DNA from: Blastocladiella emersonii ATCC 22665
Taxonomy: Eukaryota; Fungi; Blastocladiomycota
Assembly: GCA_025594325.1 (NCBI GenBank)
Contig: JANHCV010000001.1
Span: forward strand, 744,001 to 808,000
Direction of reading: 5' to 3'
DNA: 64,000 nucleotides
This document shows positions 12,750 through 24,993 of the stretch, in pieces. The translations under genes were made by a program, and so were the position numbers. Position 1 is the first letter of the stretch. The number at the start of each line of letters is the position of its first letter. The notes beneath the pieces are model-generated. The model did no database searches. It saw nothing but the letters and a program-made list of their open reading frames with translations, and had not been told where the DNA came from.

Positions 12750-12861
12750 GACGCGTCGTTTATTTTTATTGAATTGAACACGCGTTTTGGAGACGCGGTA
12801 TATTGGGGAAAGGGAGACGCGTTGCGCCTGCCACGTGCCAGGCACGCGTTCCGCGACGCGT
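12750..12861. promoter_or_regulatory. Cluster of five ACGCGT (MCB-like) sites
   Basis: ACGCGT at 12751, 12780, 12817, 12844 and 12856, with AT-rich spacers. Confidence 0.5.
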
Positions 12862-13971
12862 CTCGCGCCCCGTGTCTCGCGCTCCACGCGCGCCGCACCG
12901 CGCCGGCGACGCGGGCAGCACGCCAAGACAAAAGATTGGACGCTTATTCCAATCAAAATTGCTAACATCGGATGCGCGCACTTCACCCGGGCACGAAATC
13001 GCAGGGGGCACGCGACGCACGTCGCGGGAGGGCAAAAGGGTTATCAGTCGGCTGATACATTGTCGTGTTCCATCAACGCTAACTCGTAGGTCATCGACCG
13101 GTGGGGGTATCGAACACTAGACTTCGCACCCTGGCACTCTCAGGATCGACGGCACACTCGAGCGCTCCGGGCACGCTACAGACATGTATCCAGCAGGCGG
13201 CCGCGGCTATGCGCGCCCGTCCCCGCGCCCTCGCTCATCCCTTCGCTCAGAGCGTGCGCCCGAAGAAAGCGGCCGCAACTGAACCTGCTCCCATGACCCA
13301 GGTTGAACCAAGCTCGTCGCAAACGGAACCGAGTCGCGCGCGTTCATGGTTGCAATCCACCAGCGACGGCGGGCCAGCCGGCGAGCCGCGGCACTAGGGG
13401 CCATGGCCTGTTCGCGAAACTACCCAACTACTTCCCTTCTGTGATGGGCAAGGCGCGCACGCGACACGACCACCGGTCGCGATGAACGACGCGATCGGCG
13501 CACGCGAGAACGGGTGTGATCGTTTCAGATCTGCGAGCCGCGACGCGACGCGACGCGATCAGCACCATGTCTCCCACCCTCACCCGCCGCCGCCACCTCG
13601 CGACGGCAAACACCCTCCCTACGACGATCTTCGCGTTTGGCAAGGTGATTACGCTTAATCATCGATGTCAATCACGGCTTAGGGTGGAACAGGGTCCGAC
13701 TCAACTCGACTCGACTCCGTCAGCCAGCCACGGCAGCCGCGCCACCCGGAGCGACACCCACGACGGCAGCAGCGCGCGCGCGCCACTCGACCTTGGCCCG
13801 GTCGAGCGCGCGGCGGACCTCGTCACGGTCGGCGGGCGCAGGTTCCCCGCGCAGCTCGCGCGACGCCACGTCGTAGGCCTCCTGGAGGTCCACGGCCGTC
13901 GGGGCGGCCAGCGTGTCCGTGTGGATGCTGCACACCACAGATCGCCTATCCCGCGCCGTCGTCGGCGTCGA

Positions 13972-15830
13972 CTAGTCATCCTCGGCTTCCGCGGCATCGA
14001 CGTCGCGGTCCGAGTCCACGTCCGTGTCATCGTCGTGGCCGTCGATCCCTGCCGCATCGCTGCCCGCGGCCGTGAGTGTGAGGTGCGCCGAGCGGTGCGA
14101 CGCGTCGCCCTCGGTGTCCGACGCGAGCGCCATGTACTGCCCGGCGGGCGTGCTGCGGCCGAACGTCGACGCGGAGAGGAGCGGCGACGTCGAGACCGAG
14201 GACCGCGATGCGCGGCGCGAGCCGCGGCCGCGGGGCGGGGTGGCAGCGGGATCGTGGTCCGCAGACGTGAACCGGTCGTCGCCGTCGTTGTCGAGGTCGT
14301 CCTCCTCGTCCTCGAAGACCTCGTGCGCGTCGAGCATCGCGGCCAGCTGGTCGAGCTTGGCGCTCGCTGACGACTCCTCGCCACCACCGCTGGTGCCCGG
14401 GGGACTCGCGCCGCCGCCGCGCAGCGCCTCGATCTCCTCGATATCGCCGTGCAGCTCGTCGAGCATATTGCGCAGGCTGGTGCGCTCGCGGAGCAGCCGC
14501 TCGCGCTCCAGGTAAAAGTGCTGCTGCAGGTACCCGGTGATGGACGACGAAGACGACGGCGCGTTCGCGTTCGCGGACGGGGTGGGCGAGCGGCGCGCCG
14601 CCGCCGTAGTGGTGCTCGCGGTAGTCGTCGTAGTCGTGGTCGTCGGAACCGACTTGACCGTCGTCGAGTTGACCGGCGGGATGCGGACCACGTCAAACCC
14701 GGCAAACGGGTCCTCGAGGTTGACGCGGGCCGGAGTGCTGAGATCGAGCGCGACGCGGTCCCCCGTCGCCCCCGACTCGGCGTCCTTGAGCAGCTGCGCA
14801 AAGTCCTCGTAGTCGTGCCAGTCGAAGAACGGGTCTGCCTCCTCCCGCTGCGGCGGCGGGAGCCGGCGAACCGGGCTTGCGCTGTGCGACGGCGCCTGCC
14901 GTTGCTGCTGCGCCTGGACGGGGCTGCGCACCGTGTGGTTGGCAGCCACCACCGCGGCGCGCTCGCGGTACTCCTGCTGCGCGGCGGGGGACGGCGGGAG
15001 CACGGCAGCGGGTCTCGCGTGCCGGGGCTGCAGCGGGGCCGAGAGATCGAGGAGGTCGTTGTGCGGGGCGGGGTGATGCTGCGGCGCGGTAACCGCCGGC
15101 GGAGCAACAAACGCGGCGGGCGCCGTCGCCTCGTCCTCGCTCGGGGCAAACCGGCCGTGCAGGCGCGATCCCTCGGCGAGGAGCATCTGGTCCTCCTCCT
15201 GGGTCACGTCGAGGTCGAGCTCGTCGAGCGCGAGGAGCAGGCGCTGGCGCTTGTACGGCGTGTCGAAGCGCGCGAGCAGGGCGAGCGACCGCGTTACAAA
15301 GTACGGGTCGGCGCGGTGGTTCTCGAGGAAGGCGGCGAACAGGTCGTCGATGCGCGGTTTGTTCGACGCGAAGAGGCTACACGTTTGAGGTTGAGCGTTA
15401 GTTGATCGTTCTCACGGTAGCAGAATGAGAGTAGTGCAAACCGGCGAGCGAGCCGCTCCTCGCGATCACGGTCGGCGTAGACGTCGAGCAGCGCGCCACG
15501 GAGCGCCTCCTGGTGGATCTCGTTGGCCGAGCGCGGCAGCGCGGCGGGCTGCTCGCGGTACTGCGGCGTGCTCGAGGCGGCCGCGGGCTCGAGCGGAACG
15601 GCCGACGCGAGGCGCGGGCGCGCGTCCTGCATGGTGGTGCCGTCGTCGTCGTCGCTCGCGTCAAGCGAGGGCAGGCGCGCAGATGCCCAGTAGGTGGTGG
15701 TGGGCGGGGCGGCCTTGTTGGTGGCGTGCGGCGACGGGCTGGCGGCGGCCTCCGAGGAGGCGGCGTGCGTGTAGGGAGCGGGCGCGTAGCGCGACGACGG
15801 GTGCGCGTCGCCGGCACCCATGGAGAGCAT
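13972..15830 (-). CDS. Coiled-coil/acidic protein with a segment resembling the PCM1 conserved C-terminal-region motif (2 exons)
   Basis: Intron 15441-15377. FLENHRADPYFVTRSLALLARFDTPYKRQRLLLALDELD; coiled coil YLERERLLRERTSLRNMLDELHGDIEEIEAL. Confidence 0.6.
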
Positions 15831-16035
15831 GGCGGGGGTCAGGCGGGTTGCGGCAAGTCGTTGCCGGGATGCATGCGACTTCGGTTGAGCGACGAGGGGC
15901 GCGAGCGAGGGCGGCCTGAGAGCGGACGGACGAAGCGGCCGACGCGACGCGTTTCGCCACTCGGGCCCGTCAGCTGACGCCGCCGATCACCACCCAGCCT
16001 CTCCTCCAACCTCTGCCCTCCCTGCCGGGCAGCCC

Positions 16036-16904
16036 ATGCATCTGACTTGGCGCAACGCAGCCGCCACCATGTCGCTGTCGCAGACCGCCAACGTGCCGCG
16101 GAGGCGGAGCAGCATCGCGGGCGGGAGCAACCCGTCGCTGTACATGCTCGGGTCGGGCGGGCCGGTCCCGAGCGCGCCGCTCCCCTTCTCGGCGCTGCTG
16201 GGAACCCCGCAGACAGCATCTAGCGTTTCCGCGGCTCCCACCAGCGGATCGTCCGACAGCAGCGCCCTGCCGCCCGGCACGACGGCGACCGCGTCGCTCG
16301 GCGCGCCACCGCCGCTGTTCGTCGTGCCCGACGCCTTCGCCCTCGTGGAGCCCGGCATCTACCGCTCGAGCATGCTCGCGCCCGCCAACCTGCCGTTCAT
16401 CCGCACCCTCGGCCTGCGCTCGATGCTCGTGCTCGCGCCCGAGGCGCCGAATCGGCATGTCCTCGCGTTCCTGGACGAGAACGCGATCGAGCTGGTACTA
16501 CTCTCCGTCTCTTCGGCTCACGCCAGTACCTCAACTCACCCACCCTCCGACGCGCATAGGTCCACCTCGGCCAGCGCTCGTGGCGGTCGTCCGCGCCGGG
16601 CTGGCGGCCGATCCCCGAGGAGCTGATCAAGGAGGCGCTCGAGTTCCTGCTGCAGCCCAAGAACCAGCCCGTGCTCATCGCGTGCACGTCGGGCATCCAC
16701 GAGACGGGCGCCGTGGTCGGGTGCCTGCGCCGCCTGCAGCGGTGGAACTTTAACTCGATCGCCGTCGAGTACCGCTCGTTTGCCGACAACAAGGCCCGCT
16801 ACGCCACCGAGCAGCTCATCGAGCTGTTCGACGTCGACCTCATCACCCTGCCTGCCGCACCACCGGTTGCTGCGGCAGTAGCGGCGCCGGCGAATGGCTC
16901 GTAG
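16036..16904 (+). CDS. OCA4: Siw14/OCA-family tyrosine-phosphatase-like protein, Oca4-type pseudophosphatase (2 exons)
   Basis: VPDAFALVEPGIYRS; P-loop ACTSGIHETG lacks the catalytic Arg; GCLRRLQRWNFNSIAVEYRSFA. Intron 16495-16559. Confidence 0.75.
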
Positions 16905-17123
16905 TGAATGGACCCTTCTTGCGGAGTTTCGACTCGGTTGGTTTCATGCCCGTGAGTGGCGCATCGCGTCGAACGGCTCGCGCCGCGTGAGTGACTTGGC
17001 GGGTCGAGAAATGAGTCGACTGGGGAACGCGACCTCGAAGCAGGGGTTCTCCTCGGAGCCCTCAAGAAGGACCTGCTCCCTCACCCTCTCTCTTCCCACA
17101 ACGCCCTCGGCCGTGACCACACC

Positions 17124-19480
17124 ATGATACCCAATGCAACACGCTGTCGCTTCCACGATCTGCCGTTCGAGCTCGCCATCTCAATTGCCGCCCTCGCCGC
17201 GCCGCGCGTGGCCGTGCTCGCGTCAACGCGAATTCTCGCCGACACCGCGCGCCTCTCGACCTCGGCGCTCTTGCACTGGATCGACCGCACCTTACCGTTC
17301 CTGCTGGCCCAGTTGGAGCGCGGCGGCCCGACCAAGCTCGTCGGCCACGGCTGGATGCGGCCGTGGCAGTCCGGGTTCGCTTCCTACGTACGCCTGCGCT
17401 TCGCCGCGCGCCACCGCACCGACCTGCCCGTGGAGCCCAAGCTCGACCTCGCGCTGTTCCACGCCTTTCTGTTCGCGTACTTGCGCAGCGACCCGGCGTC
17501 GCTCGCCGCGGTCCCGCGGGCGCGGCAGCAAGAGCATCTCGACGCGCTCTCGCACGACGTCGTCGTCAAGTCGGACAGCTTCTTCCACCAAGTCCGCCCC
17601 ATCCACCTGCAGGGATTCATGTCGGACGGCCTCGTGCTCGCGCTGTACTTTGAAGCGGCCGAGTGCACCGACGAGCTCGCGGCTGCGCTCACGCTCATGG
17701 CGAGACACTTCCCAGCCGTCTCGTTCAATCGCGCGCTGCCGGCGTCCAGGCTGCTCGAGCTCCTGCCCGACTGCTCGCCGTGCATGTACGAGCGCGTGTC
17801 GATGCTGGCGGGCGAGCTGCGCGAGGAGCGCGAGCCGCGCCGCGTCGACTTCTTCACGCTCGTCGCGTTTTCGGCCGCGTGCCACTGGAACCTGCCCGCG
17901 CTCAAGGCGGCCGCCGCGCTGCACCCGGACCTGTCCTCCGTCATGGCCTTCCTCTCGCACCACCGTGTCGCCAACGCGTTCCTCGGCCTCATCAACGAGT
18001 ACCCGGCCGACCGCGTCCTGTCCGTCCTCGACTGGTTGTTCGCGCACGGCTTCTCCCTGCTTGCGGAACCCGGGCCCGAGTGGTGGCCCATCCACATCTC
18101 GAGCTACCTGAGCCCGCTCAGCTTCGGTCCCGACGTGCTGCGCACCGTGTTCCGCAAGTACGACGAGGCGCGGCCGCTCGACGTGGACAAGTGGGGCACC
18201 ACGAAGCGGGTTCTCGGGCGGCTCGCGCCGTGGGTCGAGCAGGGGTACGACCGCGAGCTCGCGCAGCTCCTGCGCGCGTGGCCTGGCGTCACCGACGCGC
18301 GGGTGTGGGCGGTCCTTGTCATGGCGGCGATCCACGCGCACTGCCCGATCGAGCAGCTGCGGCGAATGGTGCACGTTGTGGCCAAGGAGCAGCGCGACGC
18401 GTTGCTCACCGAGCGTACGTTTTTAGTGAGCTGTCACCATCTACGCGGAAAACTGACCAGTTTGGCGTTTACTCTCTAGTCTTCACGCACGAGCCCGAGC
18501 GGTACAACGAGAACAAGTCGCACGTCGCGCGGCTATGCCTCCTCGCGCGCGCGTGCACCAAGACGCCGCTGTCGCAGCTCCTGGCCACTGCCCTCGTCTC
18601 CATCGGCGACGGCACGTTCGGCCCCGACCTCGGTTCCCTCGGCCTCGGCAGCCGCGAGGAACGCCTCGCGCTCGCCCGCTCGCTGCTCGGGCACGCGTTC
18701 CCGGTCCTGCACGAGCCCAACTGCGCGCACGCGCTGATCGGGATCCTGGTCCCGCTGCTCACCTCCCCGTCCTCGGCGCGCGCGGCGCTGCACCACCTCG
18801 CGGGCAAGCGCGAGCGCGACTGGACCGAGCTGTACGCGTCGTTCATCTCCGCCATGGCGGGCAGCCGGTACGAGGTGACCGACTGGGTGGTGCAGGTCGC
18901 CGCGCCGCTGTTCCTCGTGACGCCCGACTTCTTCGCCGCGTTCGCCAACTTCCTCGCGGTGTGCCCGGCCGCGATCGTCACGCCCGCGCTCCGCCCGCGC
19001 GTCACGCAGGACCTGATTGATATCGCGCGCCTCGCGGACCCGCGGTACCACGCGCTGAGTTTCGCGGCGGCCGAGTTCCGCGGGCGCGAGGTGAGCGCGG
19101 GGCAGCGGTTCCTGCACCTCCTAGTGGCCCATGCGCCCGTGGCCGTCGGCGGGCTGTGGTTCGAGGTCGGCGAGTCGCTCCTCCCGCTCATCGCGCGGTA
19201 CTTTCCGCCCGGCGCCCTTGACGCGTTTGTCGCCCCGCGCGCGTGCGCCGAGGCCATCGTCTGGGAGGCGCGGCGCGACGGGAAGGTGCACGGGAAGTTG
19301 ATCCTGCAGATCATCCGCGCGTGTCCGGCCACGGCCCGCGACCCGGAGTGTCTGCGGATCGTGGCCAAGGCGGTCGGTGAGAATGATAAGTTTGACCGGC
19401 ACGTCGTCCAGCGGGTGCCCGGGCTCGCGAGGGCGATGCGCGAGGCGGTCGAGTCGAAGAAGCAAGGGAGTGAAGAATAG
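17124..19480 (+). CDS. Orphan helical protein with F-box-like N-terminus, tandem copy A (2 exons)
   Basis: ATG 17124, DLPFELAISIAALAAPRVAVLAST; intron about 18415-18479; clear paralogy to copy B. Confidence 0.8.
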
Positions 19481-19799
19481 AAGGCGCGCTCGTGTGTGTG
19501 ATCGGTTCTGTGATCTCGGTCAGCTGATGCTGTTGCGGCACAAGGGAGACGAGCGTGACCTCGGCCGGCCCGGCGCAAGAGGATCCCAGTCGAGGACTTC
19601 ATTCGCGCTGATTTGACTCGAAGCCTTGGAGGGTCGATTTTTGGAGCTTGGGAGCGGTGGTGGCGCGCCGCGTGCCTTGTTGGGCGGCGTCTCGCACCGC
19701 AATCAACTGAGGCGCATCCTGCGAGGCACTCTTCAAGAAGGACCTGCTCCCCCGCTTTCTTTCCTCTCAACAATCCCTTGCACACTAGACCCACACACC

Positions 19800-22225
19800 A
19801 TGTCACTCGATGCGACGCACCCTTCCACCGACCTGCCGTTCGAGCTCGCCATCGCGGTCGCCGCCCTCGCCACTCCACGGGTCGCGGTCCTCGCCTCGAC
19901 GCGGCTGCTCGCCGACACCGTGCGCCAGCCGACCTCGGCGCTCGTGCAATGGTTCGGCCACACGCTGCCGGATCTCCTCGACGATCTGGATGAAGACGCC
20001 CCGGCGTTCGGCACCGACGGGTCCATGCTGCCGTGGCAGACCGACTTTGCGCGCTACGTGCGGCTCCGGCTCGCGATGCGGCACCGCCTCAATCTGCCCG
20101 CGGGACCCACCCTCGACCTCGACCTGTTCCGCGCGCTGTTCTCTTTGTCGCTGCGCTGCGACCCAAGCTGCTCGTTCGACGACGTCGCTGTGTCGCGGGA
20201 GCGGCAGCTCGAGCACGTCGCCAAGCTCGCGCGGGCCGCGCAGCTGGAGTGCTTTTTCCGCCGCGTCTCGCTGCAGGGCCTCGTGTCGGACGGCCTCGTG
20301 CTCGCGCTGTACTTTGAAGCCGCCGAGAGCGACGACGAGCTCACGGCCGCGCTTACGCTCATGGCGAAACGCGTGCCCGTGATCGCGTTCCACCGCGCGC
20401 TCCCCGCGCACCGCATGCTCGCGATGCTGCCCGACTGCGCGCCCGCCGTGTACGAGCGCGTGGCGGCGCTGGCGGGCGAGCTGGGCGGCGAGGGCGACGA
20501 GGACTCGGAGGACTCGGAGGAAGAGGATGAAGAGGTCGAGCCGATCCTGATCGATTTCTTCACGCTCGTCGCCTTCTCGGCCGCGTGCCACTGGAACCTG
20601 CCCGCGCTCAAGGCCGTCGCCGCGCTGCACCCGGATTTCACGGGTGTCGTCGCGTTCCTCTCGCACCACCGCGTCGCCAACGCGTTCCTCGGCCTCGTCA
20701 ACGAGTACCCGGCCGACCGCGTCCTGCCCGTGCTCGAGTGGCTCTTCAAGCACGGCTTCTCGATGCCCGCGGCGACCGGCCCGGACGCGTACGTGTCGTG
20801 CTACCTGAGCCCGCTCAATTTCGGGCCCGACGTGCTCCGCGCCGTGTTTACCAAGTACGACAAGGCGCGCCCGCTCGACCCGGAAATGTGGGCGACCACG
20901 CGGCACGTCATGGAGCGGCTCGCGCCGTGGGTCGAGCAGGGGTACGACCGCGAGCTCGCGCAGCTGCTCCGCGCGTGGCCGGGCACGACGGACGTGCGGC
21001 CGTGGGCGGTGCTCGTCGCGGCGGCGATCCACGCGCACCGGCCCATGGAGCAGCTGCGCCGCATGGTCAATGTCGTGGTCAAGGAGCAGCGCGACGCGCT
21101 GGTCACCGAGCGTACGCTATCTACTCTCACTCACTGTGCTGGGAATAGCGCTAACACTAACTGCCGAATGTAGTGTTCGCGCACGTCAAGGGCACCTACC
21201 GCACATCCAAATCCGCCGTATCGCAGATCTGCACCCTCGCGCGCGCGTGCACCTCGACACCCCTCTCGCAGCTCCTGGCGCCCGTGCTCGTGGCGCGCTC
21301 GGACGCCTTTCTCGGCCCCGAGATCGTCACCTTTGCCGACGGCGCGCTCGGCCCCGACCTCGGCACACTGGGTCTTGGCAGCCGAGACGAGCGCCTGGCG
21401 CTCGCCCGCACACTCCTCGCGTACCCGTTCCCGGCGCTCCGGGAGCCCAACTGCGCACACGCACTGGTCGGGATCCTGGTCCCGCTCCTCGCGACACCCA
21501 GCTCGGCGCGCGCCGCGATGCACCACCTCGCGGGGAAACGCGAGCAAGAGGGGGAGCGCGACTGGACCGAGGTGTACGCGTCGTTCATCTCGGCCATGGC
21601 GGGCGCCCGGCACGAGCTGGTGCAATGGGGGACGGCCGTCGCGGGCCCGCGGTTCCCCGTTTCGCCCGAGTTTTTGCCCGCGTTTGAGCACTTTCTCGCG
21701 CTGTGCCCGACCTCGGTTGTGACGCCCGCGCTCGCGCCGCGCGTCGCGCAGGACCTCGTCAGCATCGCGCGCGCCGCGGACCCGGGCCACGACGCGACGG
21801 GGCTCCTGGCCAAGCACCGCGGGCGCGAGGTTGCTGCGGCGCACCGGTTTCTCCAGCTGCTCATTGGCCACAGTCCCGCGACCGTGGGCGGACTGTGGGG
21901 GTCGAGCGAGGGTGAGATCGGCACCTGGCTCCTCCCGCTGATCGCGCGGCACTTTCCCGCGGGCGCGCTCGACGCGTTCGTGCCGCCGGATGCGTGTGCC
22001 GAGGCGATCGTGTGGGAGGCGGGCCGGAGCGGAAAGGCAAACGCGAATGTGATCCTGCAGGTGTTCCGCGTGTGTCCGGCCACGGCCCGCGACCCGGCGT
22101 GTCTGCGCGCCGTGGCCGAGGGGACCAACAACCGCGACTGGTTTGATAAGAATGTGGTGCTCAAGGTGCCAGGGCTCGCGAGGGCGATGCGCGAGGCGGT
22201 CGAGGGTGGCGAGCAGAGTGAGTAA
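19800..22225 (+). CDS. Orphan helical protein with F-box-like N-terminus, tandem copy B (2 exons)
   Basis: ATG 19800, DLPFELAIAVAALATPRVAVLAST; intron about 21112-21173 at the same position as in copy A. Confidence 0.8.
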
Positions 22226-22325
22226 TAGAACAGCTGTTTTGTGTCTGATGGGTTTTGTGATTTTGGTCAGCTGACGCTTGAAGAGTCGGTGGTGCGGCCA
22301 AGTCCCCCTGGTGCGGCGCAGCAGC

Positions 22326-23775
22326 ATGCCTTGGTCGCTCTTCGCCCCCACCCTTACTCTCCCGCAGCCTTGCAATGCCACTCCAATGAAGTCCATGCAC
22401 GCCGCGCAACTCGCCGCACAGACGACATACCCGCTGGTCAAAGCGACGTCGGTGCTGCGGACGCACCGTTTCTCGTTCCGCAAGGACGGGTGGCCCGCGG
22501 CGGTGCCCGACATGTACCGAGCGATCGATGTTCACTACCACGACGACTACCTGATGGTGATCCACAAGCCGGCGAACCTGATCATCGACGCGGACCACTG
22601 GTCGGTCCAGGAGTACCTGCAGCGGACGTACCCGCAGTACCCGCACTTCCACCTCGTGCACCAGATCGACTACGCGACGAGCGGGATCATGGTGCTGGGC
22701 CTCGATAAGAAGGCGACGGGCAGGGTCGGGAAGCTGTTCCAGGACCGGATGGTCAGGAAGGAGTATGTCGCGGTCGTGCGCGGGTGGATCGAGCAGGACA
22801 CGTACGCTGCGTTTGCTTCGTGAAGCTGTTAAACTGTGCTGATTGGTTTGGGGGATAGGACGCCGGTGTCGAGCCTGATTGGCGAGGACGCGACTAACCC
22901 GCTCCGGATGGCGGTGGTCACGGACGAGACCAAGGGCCGGGTACGCCTTCCCGCACCTCCTCCCTCGGCGCGAACCGGCACTGACCAGTTTCCCTTCCCC
23001 CTGAATCTAGCGCGCCGACACGATTGTGCACGTCCGCCGGCGAGGCTACCTGTCGGCGCCTAACGACTCGGGCCTCGTGAACGTGCTCCCCGCCGACGGC
23101 GACGCCGCCGATTCCCTCCCCGACACCGACCGCCGCATCCCCGTGACGCTGGTCCACCTCGACCTCAAAACGGGCCGGCGGCACCAGCTGCGCGTGCACC
23201 TCGCATCGCTCGGGCACCCGATCGTCGGCGACCCGCTGTACGAGTCGGACCCGCCCGCAGGCACGATCCCTCCCGCGTCGTGGCCGTGGCGCGCGCACGG
23301 CGCCGACGACGTGGTGCAACGCCGCATGCTCCTGCACTCGCACTACATCCTCCTCCCGCTGCACCGCGGGCGCACGCGCAACGCGCCGCGGCTGTACACG
23401 CACGACCTCGCGGTGCATGTCCCCGCGCCGTTTGTGGGATGGGTCAAGTGTCGGTGCGGGCGCGATGCGGACGCGGAGTGTGAAGCGTGCGAGGTGACTG
23501 GGGTCAAGGACCGGCTCATGCGGCAGTGGGAGGAGGAGCAGATGGCCGCGGCGCAGACGGACTTTGACGCGGACGTCGCCGAGCAGAAGCACAAGGAGGC
23601 CGCGCGCGAGGCGCGGCTCGCGAAGCGCGCGGCGCGGCGGGCGGCGGAAGCGGCCGCGGCTGCAGCCGACGCTGAAGCTGGCGAGAAGGAGCCGGCAGTC
23701 GCCGCTGCAGATGGGGGGAAGCGGGCCGAAAAAGCCGAGGCCGTCGAGTCAGCGCCTGGCGCCGTCGGCGAATAG
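22326..23775 (+). CDS. RluA-family RNA pseudouridine synthase (RPUSD1-like), 3 exons; start may be 22386
   Basis: HKPANL, catalytic [51 protein letters not shown]. Two GTACG introns near 22.80-22.86 and 22.94-23.01 kb. Confidence 0.88.
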
Positions 23776-24038
23776 ACGTTGCTGATTGCTCTACATTGTC
23801 CCCAAACTCGAGCATTCAGAGATCCGAGGATTCCGGAGGCGGAGGAGCTGGAATGGTGGAGGTGGCGCGGCGGCGAAGCGCGAGACGCGTCGCGTGCGTG
23901 CGAGACACGGCGGAGACAAGCGAGGATCGTGTTGGGGAGCCGGCCCGCTCCGAGTGATCCGAGGCCGCCGCCCTTGCTTCTCCTCCTCCCCTGCCCGCCC
24001 GCAACGACGAAAACATCTATAAAGAGGGACTGCCCGCC

Positions 24039-24827
24039 ATGAACGCTCTTCGCAACACACTCCGACCCGCCGTCCGCGCCGCCGTGAGCCGTTCCAGCCG
24101 CTCCGCCGCCGCTGCCACGACCGCCACTCGCACTCTTTCCCTCAACCAAACGTGCGCCATGTCGACCAAGCACACGGCAATCGAAGCCGGCCACGGCCCG
24201 TGGTCGTGGGACGTGCGTCCGCGCGCGATGCACCGCGGGATCGCGGCGGTGGCGCCCGAGTACTCGACGTCGCTGCACATCCCGGTACAGTGGGGCGAGC
24301 AGGACGCGTTCGGGCACCTCAACAACGTGGTCTACATGCGGTATTTCGAATCGGCGCGCATGCAGTACCTGATCGACTTCTCGCAGTACCTGCCCGAGGG
24401 CCTGCGGCACACGTTCGCGCACCCGTCGGCCGAGCACCCGGGCCCGATCGTCGCCTCGGTCACCACCCGGTACCGCGCCCAGGTCCACTACCCGGACGCG
24501 CTGTCGTACTTTCTGCGCGTCGCGCCCGAGGATATGCCGGAGCTGCGCGCGATCGCCGCGCTCGAGGATGGCGTGGATGTCGTGGCGTGGGCCAAGGACC
24601 AGGGCAAGAAGCGCGCCAAGGACCGCATGACCGTCGAGTACGTCGCCTTCAGTCACCGCCACGGGACTATCGCCGCCGACGGGACCTGCCTCATCGTCGC
24701 CTTCAACTACGGGGACAACACCAAGGCGCCCATCTCGCCCACGGTCGCCCGCGCGATTGTTCGGTGGGAGGACGAGGGCCGACGCCGCCACGTCGACGAG
24801 TACGCCAAGGCGACGTACGCCGAGTAG
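24039..24827 (+). CDS. Hotdog-fold acyl-CoA thioesterase (4HBT/YbgC-like) with probable mitochondrial presequence
   Basis: VQWGEQDAFGHLNNVVYMRYFESAR motif; Arg/Ser/Ala-rich, acid-free N-terminus. Confidence 0.85.
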   Translation: MNALRNTLRPAVRAAVSRSSRSAAAATTATRTLSLNQTCAMSTKHTAIEAGHGPWSWDVRPRAMHRGIAAVAPEYSTSLHIPVQWGEQDAFGHLNNVVYMRYFESARMQYLIDFSQYLPEGLRHTFAHPSAEHPGPIVASVTTRYRAQVHYPDALSYFLRVAPEDMPELRAIAALEDGVDVVAWAKDQGKKRAKDRMTVEYVAFSHRHGTIAADGTCLIVAFNYGDNTKAPISPTVARAIVRWEDEGRRRHVDEYAKATYAE

Positions 24828-24993
24828 ATTTTATGGGTTGCTGTGATATACACTAGTTGCTTAGTCAACGCAGTCTTGCGGTGTTCAGGTCAGCCGCGAA
24901 AACGCGTTCGCCCCGACGCACGCCGTCAAAACCGCCGCGCGCCTCTCTCACCCTACCCTCTCTCCCTCCCCAGCACCCTCACCCGAGAAAACC

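Noticed and set aside
13968-13980. TGACTAG read-through motif at the PCM1-like stop
   Set aside because: The TGA is out of frame; the in-frame stop is TAG-TCG, not a known leaky context.
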